Part shown: piece by piece, positions 20,336 to 29,781 of the stretch
How positions within the stretch are numbered: position 1 is the stretch's first letter
Layout: each line of letters opens with the position of its first letter
Assembly (NCBI GenBank): GCA_963796685.1
Contig: CAWCMR010000008.1
Location: forward strand, 416,001 to 480,000
DNA length: 64,000 bases
Origin: an uncultured delta proteobacterium
Lineage (GTDB): Bacteria > Myxococcota_A > Polyangia > Fen-1088
Reading direction: 5' to 3'
Translations under genes and position numbers: made by a program
Notes under the pieces: generated by a model
The model's database searches: none
What the model was told of the DNA's origin: nothing
Seen by the model: the letters and a program-made list of their open reading frames with translations, nothing else

Positions 20336-21381
20336 GACGCGATCGCTCCAAACCACCGTGGCGTGGATTCGTCGGGGCCAGGTCTGTCCTGGTCCTGGCG
20401 GCGGCGTTGTCCATCGCCAGCGCGATCCCGGTCGCGGCGCGCGCCGAGGAACCTCAGGCGCTGCGTGTTCTGCTGATCATCGACCGACCCAACGACCCCC
20501 TGATGGCTCGCATCCAGGCCGAGATCGTCGCGCTTGGGCTCACGGTGGTGAGCAGCAGCGCAAGCGGTCCCCTCGAAATCAGCGCACGCGAGCAACGCGC
20601 GGTCGCGGCGGTACGTGAGTTGCCTTCGCACAAGGGTGTCGAGTTATGGATGGCGGATGTGACGACCGGCCGCACGCTCACGCGGCAGCTCATCGTGGAC
20701 GAGCAGCCGGAGGGACCGGATCAAACCCTCGTGGCCATGCAGACCGCAGAGGTCCTGCGCACCGGGCTCTTCCCCAAAGCGAACAAAGCCGTGTCAGGGT
20801 CTGCAAGCGCGCCCGCGACGCCGTCGCCCCCCATCACGACGCCGGCCGCCCCGGCACCAACCGAGGAGACCCGGGTCCGGGCCGGCATCGGCGGCCTGTA
20901 CAGCCTCGGCGGTGCGGACACCGCGCTGCAGGCCTGGCTCTCGCTGCAGCGACGCTGGCGGCACCGTCTCCACATCGCCCTCACCTTGAGCGGGCCGATT
21001 GTCCGTGGCTCGATTTCTGGACCAGAGGGGCGCTCTTTAGTTGGGGCCTACCTGGCCGGCGCCGAGCTTCGTTTCAGCTTTCTCAAAGACGATCCGCACT
21101 GGTTGCTGACCGGTGGCTTGGGTGGCGGCGTCGCCGACCTCCGCACCGAGGGACGCAGCAACCAGCCCCTCGAACAGGCAACGTCGAGCGCTTTCACGGG
21201 CGTGGGCTACGCCCTGGTCGAGCTGGGCTTGAAGCTCTCGACCTCGGCGCGGCTTGGCATTGCGGGGACCGCGGGCACCACCTTCGCGCCCGTGACCATT
21301 CGCTTCGCAGGCAACCACGCAGGCACCTGGGGTAGCCTGCTGCTGGCGATGTTCATGCAGCTCGGCATGGACTGGGAATAG
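20332..21381 (+). CDS. Secreted protein with probable C-terminal outer-membrane beta-barrel (copy 1)
   Basis: Signal peptide, Pro-rich linker, alternating hydrophobic strands, aromatic C-terminus (MQLGMDWE); GTGA overlap with FecR. Confidence 0.65.
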   Translation: MRRDRSKPPWRGFVGARSVLVLAAALSIASAIPVAARAEEPQALRVLLIIDRPNDPLMARIQAEIVALGLTVVSSSASGPLEISAREQRAVAAVRELPSHKGVELWMADVTTGRTLTRQLIVDEQPEGPDQTLVAMQTAEVLRTGLFPKANKAVSGSASAPATPSPPITTPAAPAPTEETRVRAGIGGLYSLGGADTALQAWLSLQRRWRHRLHIALTLSGPIVRGSISGPEGRSLVGAYLAGAELRFSFLKDDPHWLLTGGLGGGVADLRTEGRSNQPLEQATSSAFTGVGYALVELGLKLSTSARLGIAGTAGTTFAPVTIRFAGNHAGTWGSLLLAMFMQLGMDWE

Positions 21382-21408
21382 AAACACCTTGCAGAAGGAA
21401 TGAGACCT

Positions 21409-21437
21409 TGAGCCGTTTTGCCGCGCTTGCGGACACT
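21409..21437 (+). promoter_or_regulatory. Putative autoregulatory ECF promoter of cassette 2
   Basis: TGAGCCG TTTTGCCGCGCTTGC GGACACT. Confidence 0.75.
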
Positions 21438-21480
21438 TCCAAGGGGGGGCCAAGGGGCCTCTTCCCTGGTCCGGTGAAGG

Positions 21481-22140
21481 ATGCCGACGAAGCGTATGAC
21501 GACGCGTATGGTTCATTACGAGCAAGCGATGGTCACTCCCCTGACATTCGTCGGAGACCAACGGGCGCTGGTGCAGGCGCTCCGATCAGGCCATCCCGGC
21601 GCCGCCGCGGCTTTCTACGACCAACACAGTTCCCACGTGTACAAGATTCTGCGTTCCGCCCTGGAGACCGAAAGCGACGTACCGGATCTTCTGCAAGAGG
21701 TTTTCATTCGCGCGCTCGATTGCATCGACGATCTGGCGGATCCGGACCTGCTCCAGGGCTGGCTCACCTCTATCGCGGTCTTCACCGCCCGCGCCCACAT
21801 CCGGCGGGCGACCCGACGGGCTTCGTTGGGCGTGTTCTCCCCCGAGAGGACTAGGCCCCAGGAGATCGAACCGCCATCCTCCGATGCACGCTTTGCCTTG
21901 CGCGAGATCTACCAAGTGCTGAACACGATGCCGGTAGACGAGCGCATGGCCTTGGTGCTCCGGATCATCGATGGCATGACCCTGCCGGATGCCGCGCAGG
22001 CATGTCGGACATCGCTGGCCACCTTCAAGCGACGGCTGTCTCGCGCGGAAAAGAAGTTCCTGGTGGCGGTCGCGAAGCGGCCGGCGCTCATACAATGTCT
22101 GGAGGACGGGACGAGATGGAAGCTCCCGAGTCAGGGCTAG
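21481..22140 (+). CDS. ECF sigma-70 factor (copy 2)
   Basis: Clear paralog of 18522..19133 (TPLTFVGD, DLLQEVFIRA, SLATFKRRLSRAEK); start may be further downstream (e.g. 21529). Confidence 0.92.
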   Translation: MPTKRMTTRMVHYEQAMVTPLTFVGDQRALVQALRSGHPGAAAAFYDQHSSHVYKILRSALETESDVPDLLQEVFIRALDCIDDLADPDLLQGWLTSIAVFTARAHIRRATRRASLGVFSPERTRPQEIEPPSSDARFALREIYQVLNTMPVDERMALVLRIIDGMTLPDAAQACRTSLATFKRRLSRAEKKFLVAVAKRPALIQCLEDGTRWKLPSQG

Positions 22141-23375
22141 ATCCCGTCGGCAAGGTCGTCGAGGAGGCGCTCAAGGTCTGCTCGAACCCGGCCGACGTTA
22201 TCCGCCAGGCACGGGCGGGATTTCTCGAAAAGGTGGCGGCCCGAAACGCGTCCAAAGACGCTTGGTCGCGGCGATCCCGGTTTCGGCGCTGGGGGTTTGC
22301 GCTGGCGGCAGCGGCAGCTGCCGCGCTGGTGGTCGGCGTCGAGCTCTGGTCGACTCGTCCCATCACCTTCCGGGTCGGCGCCGGCGCGACCACCGGCCGG
22401 CCGGACGATCTCATCGAGGCGCCGACCGGCAAACCGGTCTCCGTTCACTTCTCCGAGGGAAGCTCCTTCCTGCTCCATGGCGGTGGCCGTGCGCGCGTGT
22501 TGGCCACGGAGGTGCGCGGTGCCCGCGTGCTCATCGACAGCGGCGACATGGAGGTGGCCATCACCCATCCCAACTTCCGGCCCGGGCGGTGGAACTTCGA
22601 GGCCGGCCCCTTCCGCGTCCAGGTCACCGGAACGCGCTTCCATCTGGCCTGGCATCCGGCAACCCAGCGCTTCGTCCTGGCTACGACGGAGGGCCGCGTG
22701 ATCGTGTCGGCCTCGTGCATGCCGGCGGTGCGCGCCGTGGCGGCGGGCGAGAGCGTCGACCTTTCCTGCGCACCCGGGGCTTTCCCCGCAGGCCCGGCCA
22801 CGGGGCCGGCCGAAGCCAAGCCCGAAGCCAAGCCCGACGTGACGCCATCCGAAGCACCGACAGCGCCGACGGCAACGGAGATTTCTGCGCCCAAGCCTTT
22901 GCCCAGGATCCCGGCGTGGCGCGAGCGCATCGCCGCCGGACAAGTCACCGACGGCCTGCGTGCGGCCGAGCAGGCAGGTTTTGCTCGCGTGTGCCAAGAG
23001 GCGAGCCTCAAAGAGCTGGTCACGCTGGCCGACGCCGCCCGTCTCACCGGCCACGGCAGGCACGCCACCCTAGCGCTGCACGCGCTGCGCCAGCGTTTCC
23101 CTCGCACAAAGGAGTCCTCCACGGCGGCCTTCACCTTGGGCCGCATCGCCTTCGAGCAGCGCGGTGCCTACCAGGAAGCCGCACAGTGGTTCGGCACCTA
23201 CTTGGTCGAGCAGCCGAGCGGTCCCCTCATGGGGGACTCGGTGGGCCGCCTGATGGAAGCCCGGCAGCGAGCAGGAGACATGGCTGGCGCCCGACAGGAC
23301 GCCGAGCGATACTTGCGGCGGTTCCCCGAAGGCCCTTACGCCTCGGAGGCCAGGGCCATCTTGCAGAATCGATGA
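22116..23375 (+). CDS. FecR-domain anti-sigma factor with C-terminal TPR (copy 2)
   Basis: Paralog of 19109..20335 (FEAGPFRVQVTGTRF, YLRRFPEGPYASEAR); same 25-bp overlap with sigma. Confidence 0.85.
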   Translation: MEAPESGLDPVGKVVEEALKVCSNPADVIRQARAGFLEKVAARNASKDAWSRRSRFRRWGFALAAAAAAALVVGVELWSTRPITFRVGAGATTGRPDDLIEAPTGKPVSVHFSEGSSFLLHGGGRARVLATEVRGARVLIDSGDMEVAITHPNFRPGRWNFEAGPFRVQVTGTRFHLAWHPATQRFVLATTEGRVIVSASCMPAVRAVAAGESVDLSCAPGAFPAGPATGPAEAKPEAKPDVTPSEAPTAPTATEISAPKPLPRIPAWRERIAAGQVTDGLRAAEQAGFARVCQEASLKELVTLADAARLTGHGRHATLALHALRQRFPRTKESSTAAFTLGRIAFEQRGAYQEAAQWFGTYLVEQPSGPLMGDSVGRLMEARQRAGDMAGARQDAERYLRRFPEGPYASEARAILQNR

Positions 23376-24466
23376 ACCGCTCGAGCTCTCACCACGACGC
23401 TCGCCGTCGCTTGTCGGGAATTTGTCTGTCCGCCGCACTGGGCGCGGCCCTGCTGACGCTACCATCGGCCGTCGCGGCCTCGGCCACAACCGCCGTCGAG
23501 GAGCGGCCCGCTCGGCGCGTGCTGCTCCTCGCGGATAAGCCCGGCGATCTGTTCGTCGAGCGAATCAAGGCCGAGATCGAGGGACTGGGACTGACCGTCG
23601 TCGTCCGTGCCCCGTCGGGGCCACTGGAGGAGGATGCTCGCAGCCAACAGGCCATCGCCGCCATCCGACCGCTGCCGGCCCGCAACGGGGTCGAGGTGTG
23701 GATGGCGGACGAGACCTCGGGGCGATCGCTGTTGCGCCAGGTGATCATCGACGAAAGCCCCGACGGCCCGGATCAGAGCTTGATCGCCTTGCAGACCGCA
23801 GAGCTCTTGCGCACCAGTCTCTTTCCCAAGACGCCGGAAACGCACACCCAGAATCCACCCGCCAGTCCACCGTCGCCAGCGGCCGAAAGCCCGACGGCCG
23901 CGCCTGCCGGCCCCAGGGCGACCTCGGCGACGGCCGAGACGGCGCGCACTGCCGAGATGGGCGCCCAGGCAGGAGTAGGGACGCTGCTGAGCCCTGGCGG
24001 CCCTGGCCCCGAGTTGCATATCTGGCTTTCCCTGCATCGGTTCTTCGGTCGCCGCTTCGGCCTGGCCGCCGACATCGCCTTGCCCGTCGTCCGCTCCACG
24101 CTCGACGGCCCCGAAGGCAGGGCCAAGATTGGCACCGCCATGGCCGGGCTGGCGTTTCTGTCGCGTCTGCGTCTCCCCCCGACATCGTGGTTCCTGAACG
24201 CCGGCCTGGGGGCGGCCATTCTGCATGTGGGCGTCGACGGCGAGGCCGTGCAGACCTTGATGTCGTCCTCGACCGGCGTGCTCACCGGCGCGGGCTACGC
24301 TCGCGTCGACGGCGGCTACGCTCCGGCCGATTGGCTGCGCCTTGGCCTGCACGTGCTGGGGGGCGTCTCCCTCGACCGCGTGCATTTCCAATTCGCCGGA
24401 AACGACGCCGGAGTCTGGGGCCGTGCCTTCGCTGCCGCAGCCCTCTTCGCGGAGCTGGACTGGTAG
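23372..24466 (+). CDS. Secreted protein with probable outer-membrane beta-barrel (copy 2)
   Basis: Paralog of 20332..21381 (GVEVWMAD, QTAELLR, FAGNDAG); ends FAELDW; ATGA overlap. Confidence 0.65.
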   Translation: MNRSSSHHDARRRLSGICLSAALGAALLTLPSAVAASATTAVEERPARRVLLLADKPGDLFVERIKAEIEGLGLTVVVRAPSGPLEEDARSQQAIAAIRPLPARNGVEVWMADETSGRSLLRQVIIDESPDGPDQSLIALQTAELLRTSLFPKTPETHTQNPPASPPSPAAESPTAAPAGPRATSATAETARTAEMGAQAGVGTLLSPGGPGPELHIWLSLHRFFGRRFGLAADIALPVVRSTLDGPEGRAKIGTAMAGLAFLSRLRLPPTSWFLNAGLGAAILHVGVDGEAVQTLMSSSTGVLTGAGYARVDGGYAPADWLRLGLHVLGGVSLDRVHFQFAGNDAGVWGRAFAAAALFAELDW

Positions 24467-24571
24467 TCAAGCCCCGCGGACTGCCCAGCCCGGTGGCCCG
24501 ATACCGCGGGCTGCGATTTGTGTTACGGTTTCGCCCGGCCCCCGCGGCCGTCCTATTACGAGGGAGAAATC

Positions 24572-25465
24572 ATGCCAGAAGCCGATACCGCGTCGAAAGC
24601 GGAAAAAGAATTTCACGTCAAGCTGCCGCAGGAGAGCCACGCCTTCTTTCTCAAGGGCTCGAATTGCCACGACTGGGGCATGAACAACCGGCTGGCCCGC
24701 ATCTTCAATCCGCAGTCGGGCAAGGCCGTGATGCTGGCCTTCGATCACGGCTATTTCCAGGGGCCGACCACGGGGCTGGAACGCGTGGACATCTCGATCC
24801 TGCCCTTGGCGCCGTTCGCCGACGCCCTGATGCTCACCCGCGGGATCCTGCGCAGCGTGATCCCGCCCGAGTCGCGCAATGCCATCGTCATGCGCGCCAG
24901 CGGTGGCCCCAGCATCCTCAAGGAGCTGTCCAACGAGCAGATCGCGGTCAGCATGGAGGACGCGGTCCGCATGAACGTGTCGGCAGTGGCCGTCCAGGTG
25001 TTCATTGGCGGCGAATTCGAGACCCAGTCGGTGGCCAACATGACCCGCCTGGTGGACGAGGGCAATCGCGTCGGCATCCCGGTGCTGGCGGTGACGGCGG
25101 TCGGCAAAGAGCTCGTCCGCGACGCGAAATACATGCGCCTGGCCTGCCGCATCTGTGCCGAGCTCGGCGCGGCCTTCGTCAAGACCTACTACGTGCCCGA
25201 GGACTTCGAGACCGTGTCGGCTTCGTGTCCGGTGCCGCTGGTCATCGCGGGCGGCAAGAAGCTGCCCGAGCTGGAGGCGTTGCACATGGCCCACGCGGCG
25301 ATTTCGCAGGGTGCATCCGGCGTGGACATGGGCCGCAACATCTTCCAGGCCGAGTCGCCCGTTGCCATGATCCAGGCCGTGCGCAAGGTCGTCCACGAGG
25401 GCGCGAGCCCCGCGCAAGCGTTCGATTTCTATAAGGCCGCCAAGAGCGAAGCCCGAAAGCGCTAG
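24572..25465 (+). CDS. lsrF: LsrF-family class I aldolase/thiolase
   Basis: [45 protein letters not shown]. Confidence 0.88.
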   Translation: MPEADTASKAEKEFHVKLPQESHAFFLKGSNCHDWGMNNRLARIFNPQSGKAVMLAFDHGYFQGPTTGLERVDISILPLAPFADALMLTRGILRSVIPPESRNAIVMRASGGPSILKELSNEQIAVSMEDAVRMNVSAVAVQVFIGGEFETQSVANMTRLVDEGNRVGIPVLAVTAVGKELVRDAKYMRLACRICAELGAAFVKTYYVPEDFETVSASCPVPLVIAGGKKLPELEALHMAHAAISQGASGVDMGRNIFQAESPVAMIQAVRKVVHEGASPAQAFDFYKAAKSEARKR

Positions 25466-25468
25466 CGG

Positions 25469-27562
25469 ATGCAAAACCGGTGGTCCGAATCCGAAGCCGC
25501 GCGGCTCGGCGGCGCCGAACCGGGTAGGCAAGACCTCGCGTTGCTTGCCTACGCCACGCACCTCATCGGCGCCAATCCCGACCTCGCCATGCACGGCGGC
25601 GGCAACACGTCGTGCAAAGGCTCGCTCACCAACGCATTCGGTGAAGCGCAACCCGCGCTTTTCATCAAGCCCTCGGGCATGGCGCTCGCCGACGTAGGGG
25701 CCGACGATTTCGTCGCGCTCGATCTTCGTCACCTGCAACGGCTCGTCGAGCTTCCCGCCATGTCCGACGCGATGATGGCCGGCGAGTTCGCTTGCCACAC
25801 CCTACGCCCATCCACGCGCCGAGCTTCCGTCGAGACCTTGGCCCACGCGGTTCTGCCCCAGCCCTTCGTCTTGCATACGCACCCGAGCGCCATCCTGGCG
25901 CTCTCCAATCGTGACGATGGCGCCGCGGCGGTGGCGGCGGCGCTCGGAAACGCGACCGCGACGGTCCCCTATGCTCCCGCCGGCCTGGCGTTGGCCCGCG
26001 CCATCCGCGACACCCTGGCTCGCTTTCCGGCGGCGACGGCGCTGGTGCTCATGCACCACGGCCTGGTGACGTGGGGAAGGAGCGCTCGCGACGCCTACGA
26101 CGCAACCCTGGCGCTGGTCAACCTCGCCGAGGGCTTCCTGGCCCGAGGCCGCGTGCGTGAGCTGCGCCCGTCGCTTGCGCCCGCCGCCGCGGAGCGGACA
26201 CGACGCTACCTCACCCTGGCGCCTGTCATCCGCTCCGTGCTCGGCCCACGTCACCCGGACGCCATCGCGGAGCGCATCGTGCTCGACACCGAGCTGGGCG
26301 GAGAGATGGTGCGCGTGATCGAGTCGCCCGAAGGCAAGCGCCTGGCCCTATCGCCGCCGATTTCACCCGACTACCTCATCCGGGCAGGACGGCTACCCTT
26401 GTGGCTCGACCAGCCCGCGCTCGACGACGCCAAGGCATTTCGCGAGCAACTCGGGAAAGCGGTTGCCGCCTACCAAGACGACTACCGCGCCTACGTGCGG
26501 GCCCATGCGGCGGGCAGTGGGTTCGACCAGGGCGATTTTCTTCCTCGCGCCCTCATGATTCCGGGTCTGGGCGTGGTGTGCGCCGGCAGGGACGCGGCCA
26601 GCGCGGCCATGATCCGGGACATCATGTTGCAGGGGCTAGTCGTGAAGGCCGCCATCTGGGAAGGTGGCGCGGACTACCTGCCCCTTGGCGAGGACCACTT
26701 GTGCGACATGGAATTCCGCGCCTACCAGCAGGCCAAGAATGCGACCGTCGCAAGCCATGCCCTGCGCGGCAGTGTGGCGCTGGTGACCGGTGCCGCTGGC
26801 GCCATCGGTTCGGGGATCTGCGAAGCCCTGCTGGCCCAGGGGTGCCACGTCGCCGCTGCCGATCTGCCCGGCGCCGCCCTGGATGTGCTCGTCGAGGCTC
26901 TGGGCCGGCGCCACCCCGCGCGGGTCGTGGCCGCCGCCATGGACGTGACCGACGAGGCCTCCGTGTCGGCGGGCTTCGCGCGCGTCATTCGCGCCTGGGG
27001 CGGGATCGACGCCGTGATCGTCAACGCCGGAATCGCGCACGTGGCCCCGCTGGCGGAGCTTACCCTCGGGGCCTTTCGCAAGCTCGAAGCCGTCAACGTG
27101 GAGGGGACGCTGCTTACCCTCGCCGAGGCCGGGCGGCACTTCGCGCTGCAAGGCACAGGCGGGGACGTGGTGCTGATCTCGACGAAGAACGTGTTCGCGC
27201 CCGGTGCGGGCTTCGGCGCCTACAGCGCCACCAAGGCCGCCAGCCACCAGCTCGCTCGCATCGCCAGCCTGGAATTCGCGCCGCTCGGCGTGCGCGTGAA
27301 CATGGTCGCGCCGGACGCCGTTTTCTCCCACGGCGACAAGCGCTCGGGTCTGTGGGCCGCGGTCGGCCCGAACCGCATGAAGGCGCGTGGCCTGGATGAA
27401 CGCGGCTTGGAGGAATACTACCGTTCGCGCAACCTGCTCAAGGCCGAGGTCACCTCCGAGCACGTGGCGCACGCCGTGCTCTTCTTCCTGACCCACCAGA
27501 CCCCCACGACCGGAGCCACCATCCCCGTCGACGGCGGCCTGCCCGAAGCGACACCTAGGTAG
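25469..27562 (+). CDS. Bifunctional class II aldolase / short-chain dehydrogenase (RhaD-like)
   Basis: HGGGNTS, SVET..H, HTHP, HHG in the aldolase part; TGAAGAIG, NAG, YSATK in the SDR part. Confidence 0.9.
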   Translation: MQNRWSESEAARLGGAEPGRQDLALLAYATHLIGANPDLAMHGGGNTSCKGSLTNAFGEAQPALFIKPSGMALADVGADDFVALDLRHLQRLVELPAMSDAMMAGEFACHTLRPSTRRASVETLAHAVLPQPFVLHTHPSAILALSNRDDGAAAVAAALGNATATVPYAPAGLALARAIRDTLARFPAATALVLMHHGLVTWGRSARDAYDATLALVNLAEGFLARGRVRELRPSLAPAAAERTRRYLTLAPVIRSVLGPRHPDAIAERIVLDTELGGEMVRVIESPEGKRLALSPPISPDYLIRAGRLPLWLDQPALDDAKAFREQLGKAVAAYQDDYRAYVRAHAAGSGFDQGDFLPRALMIPGLGVVCAGRDAASAAMIRDIMLQGLVVKAAIWEGGADYLPLGEDHLCDMEFRAYQQAKNATVASHALRGSVALVTGAAGAIGSGICEALLAQGCHVAAADLPGAALDVLVEALGRRHPARVVAAAMDVTDEASVSAGFARVIRAWGGIDAVIVNAGIAHVAPLAELTLGAFRKLEAVNVEGTLLTLAEAGRHFALQGTGGDVVLISTKNVFAPGAGFGAYSATKAASHQLARIASLEFAPLGVRVNMVAPDAVFSHGDKRSGLWAAVGPNRMKARGLDERGLEEYYRSRNLLKAEVTSEHVAHAVLFFLTHQTPTTGATIPVDGGLPEATPR

Positions 27563-27611
27563 GGGGATGCCGGTCGCGCATATTGGACAGGTTTCGAACG
27601 AATGCCTCGCC

Positions 27612-27640
27612 AGTGCCTCATCGTCCTTGAAGTCGGCGCA
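27612..27640 (-). promoter_or_regulatory. Degenerate copy of the ECF promoter motif
   Basis: Minus strand TGCGCCG-N15-AGGCACT; same spacing, 3 mismatches; divergent from CBM copy 2. Confidence 0.4.
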
Positions 27641-27666
27641 TCGGGGGATCTAGTCTCTGTTGCTTC

Positions 27667-28384
27667 ATGTCGCGCGGCAGCTTCATGGTTGTCCTCTTCA
27701 CCGCTGCGGTTTGGCCAGCCAGCGGCTGCGACAGCACCCTCATCCCGATCCAGGTCCTACCCGGCTGTCCGGATCGGCCGTTGCGCGACCCCGAGCACTG
27801 GGCTGCTTCAGCGCCTGCCACGCAGCTCATCGACGATTTCGAGTCGGCTGACGGCAGGTTGGCGCGGGAGGAAAACCGCAACGGCCAGTGGGTGCTGATC
27901 ACCGACTCCGCCTCCGGGGCGTCCATGGCCGGGACCTCCTCGCTGTGCGTAGCTCGCGGGGCCTACGCAGGTCACTTCGTGCCCGTCGCGTCCGCCGATT
28001 GGGGAGCCATGTGGAACGCCGATTTCCTCGCTCCCCTGGCCGGTGGAGCCCAGCCGTACGACGGTAGCAAGTACGGCGGCCTGTCCTTTTGGGCTGGGTT
28101 CGACGCCGCCAATGGCCCCCCCTTCTCCATTCGTGTGGGGCTGGTGACCGTGGACACCGCCTGGAATGGCGGCGTGTGCAGCACCTACTGCATGGACTTC
28201 CACGGCATCGATGTGACGCCCGGCACGGCCTGGCAACGCTTCGAGATCCGCTTCGACGATCTGAGGCAGCAGGGGTGGGGCGACGTGCAAGCTCCGTTGC
28301 GGCGCGATCGAGCTGGTCGGATTCGTGGTGTGGCCCGATCGGAAGGCCGATCTCTGGCTCGACGACCTCCGCTTCGAGCTTTAG
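27667..28384 (+). CDS. CBM11-like carbohydrate-binding lipoprotein (copy 2); apparent +1 frameshift near 28310
   Basis: Paralog of 17658..18365 (CPDRPLR, LIDDFES, YDGSK, AWNGG.C). The shifted frame reads LVGFVVWPDRKADLWLDDLRFEL*, matching the C-terminus of copy 1. Confidence 0.75.
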
Positions 28385-28404
28385 AGGGCGTCTGAAAAGT
28401 GCGT

Positions 28405-29736
28405 CTATCTGGCAGCGAGATCCAGGGTCCCGCTGTTGTCCGGCGGCGGCAGGTCGGTCCAGATGCTCTGCAACATCGTCCCGGAGAGCTGCATGACCCC
28501 GTCGCTTGACGACTTCAGGGTCTGGGCCTCGGCCTGGGCGTCCGCGGGCATGACCTCGTCCCCGGCGTAGTGGGCGACCAAGCCGTCGCCGAGCCACGGG
28601 GCAAGCTGGCCGGCGTCGGTCGGGGCCACCGCGTACGGCGGCTGCTCGATCAGCGTCGTGATGAGGCTTTCGAGTCCCTTGCGCAAGCTGTCCTTGGCGT
28701 AGGTCTGAAAATCGGGCGCGCCACCGAGGTCGTACGCGATGCTGGTGATGTGCTGGGTGGCGATGGCCAAGGTGTCGTCGCTGACGTCGACGATTCGGTA
28801 CGGGCACGGGTAGGTCACGGCCGAGCCGGTTTCCACGTCGTAGATCGACTTGGTGGCCGCGCTCGGGGTTCCACGGGTGATGTCGTTGGCGTGGAAGTGG
28901 CCGGTGAAGACCACCCCCACGCCCCCGTTCGACAGCAGGCTGCCGACGGCGTCCCGGTTGCCGACGACGAACTCGGGGAAGATCAGTGCCTGACCGGCAA
29001 AGTGCTCCAGAACCCCGTGGTGCATCATGGCCATCACGCGAACGCCGCGCTGCTTCGCCTCGTCGAGCCGGGCCTGGATCCATGTCATGGTCGCGTCGAG
29101 AAAACGCCCGGAAGACTGCATCGGGCCACGGGTGTCTGCGTAGATGCACGAATCCAGGGCCAGCAGCCACAGCCCGGGCACGATCTCGGCCACGTAACTG
29201 AGCGAATTGCTATCGCGGGCAATGGCGTCGCCGAACCCGAAGTCCTTGTAGATATCGGCGAAGTCGCCGGCCGAGATGGCGGGAACAGGCGTCGCAACGT
29301 CCCCGGCGTAGCTGGAGGCGCCGCCGTTTTCGATATCGTGATTGCCCGGCACGACGAACACCCGGCGCCCGCCTGTCTTCATCTGGGCGAGATAGGCGGC
29401 CATGGTGTGATGCGAGAGCATCTCGCCGTCCTTGGTGAGGTCGCCCGAGATGAGCACGACCTCGGGGTTGACGGCCGCGACCTCGGCCACCATCGCCCGC
29501 ATGATGGCGTCGCTCTCGGCGATGAGCTTGCGGTCGCTGGCCAGGTAGGCCTCGAAGGCCGCGCCGCTCGTGCCGAGCGAGGGATCGAAGTAGTGCGGAT
29601 CGGAGAAGACCAGCATCTTGACAGCGGGATGGTAGACCGGCGCGGGGCCCGTGTCGGAGCAGGACGGCGCGGACGCCACCAAGCAGACGAGGCAGACGCG
29701 GTGAAGCCAGAAGCGAAACCGAGAGATTTCAAACAT
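28405..29736 (-). CDS. Secreted calcineurin-like metallophosphoesterase
   Basis: SDPH, SGDLTKDG, PGNHD, MHH, GHFH motifs. Confidence 0.88.
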   Translation of the reverse strand: MFEISRFRFWLHRVCLVCLVASAPSCSDTGPAPVYHPAVKMLVFSDPHYFDPSLGTSGAAFEAYLASDRKLIAESDAIMRAMVAEVAAVNPEVVLISGDLTKDGEMLSHHTMAAYLAQMKTGGRRVFVVPGNHDIENGGASSYAGDVATPVPAISAGDFADIYKDFGFGDAIARDSNSLSYVAEIVPGLWLLALDSCIYADTRGPMQSSGRFLDATMTWIQARLDEAKQRGVRVMAMMHHGVLEHFAGQALIFPEFVVGNRDAVGSLLSNGGVGVVFTGHFHANDITRGTPSAATKSIYDVETGSAVTYPCPYRIVDVSDDTLAIATQHITSIAYDLGGAPDFQTYAKDSLRKGLESLITTLIEQPPYAVAPTDAGQLAPWLGDGLVAHYAGDEVMPADAQAEAQTLKSSSDGVMQLSGTMLQSIWTDLPPPDNSGTLDLAAR

Positions 29737-29781
29737 GGGAACTCCTGCGCCGCCAACTCTACGAACGAGATGGCCCGGGCG

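Noticed and set aside
24572-25465. AI-2 quorum-sensing locus
   Set aside because: No lsrK, lsrR, lsrG or lsr ABC transporter in the window.
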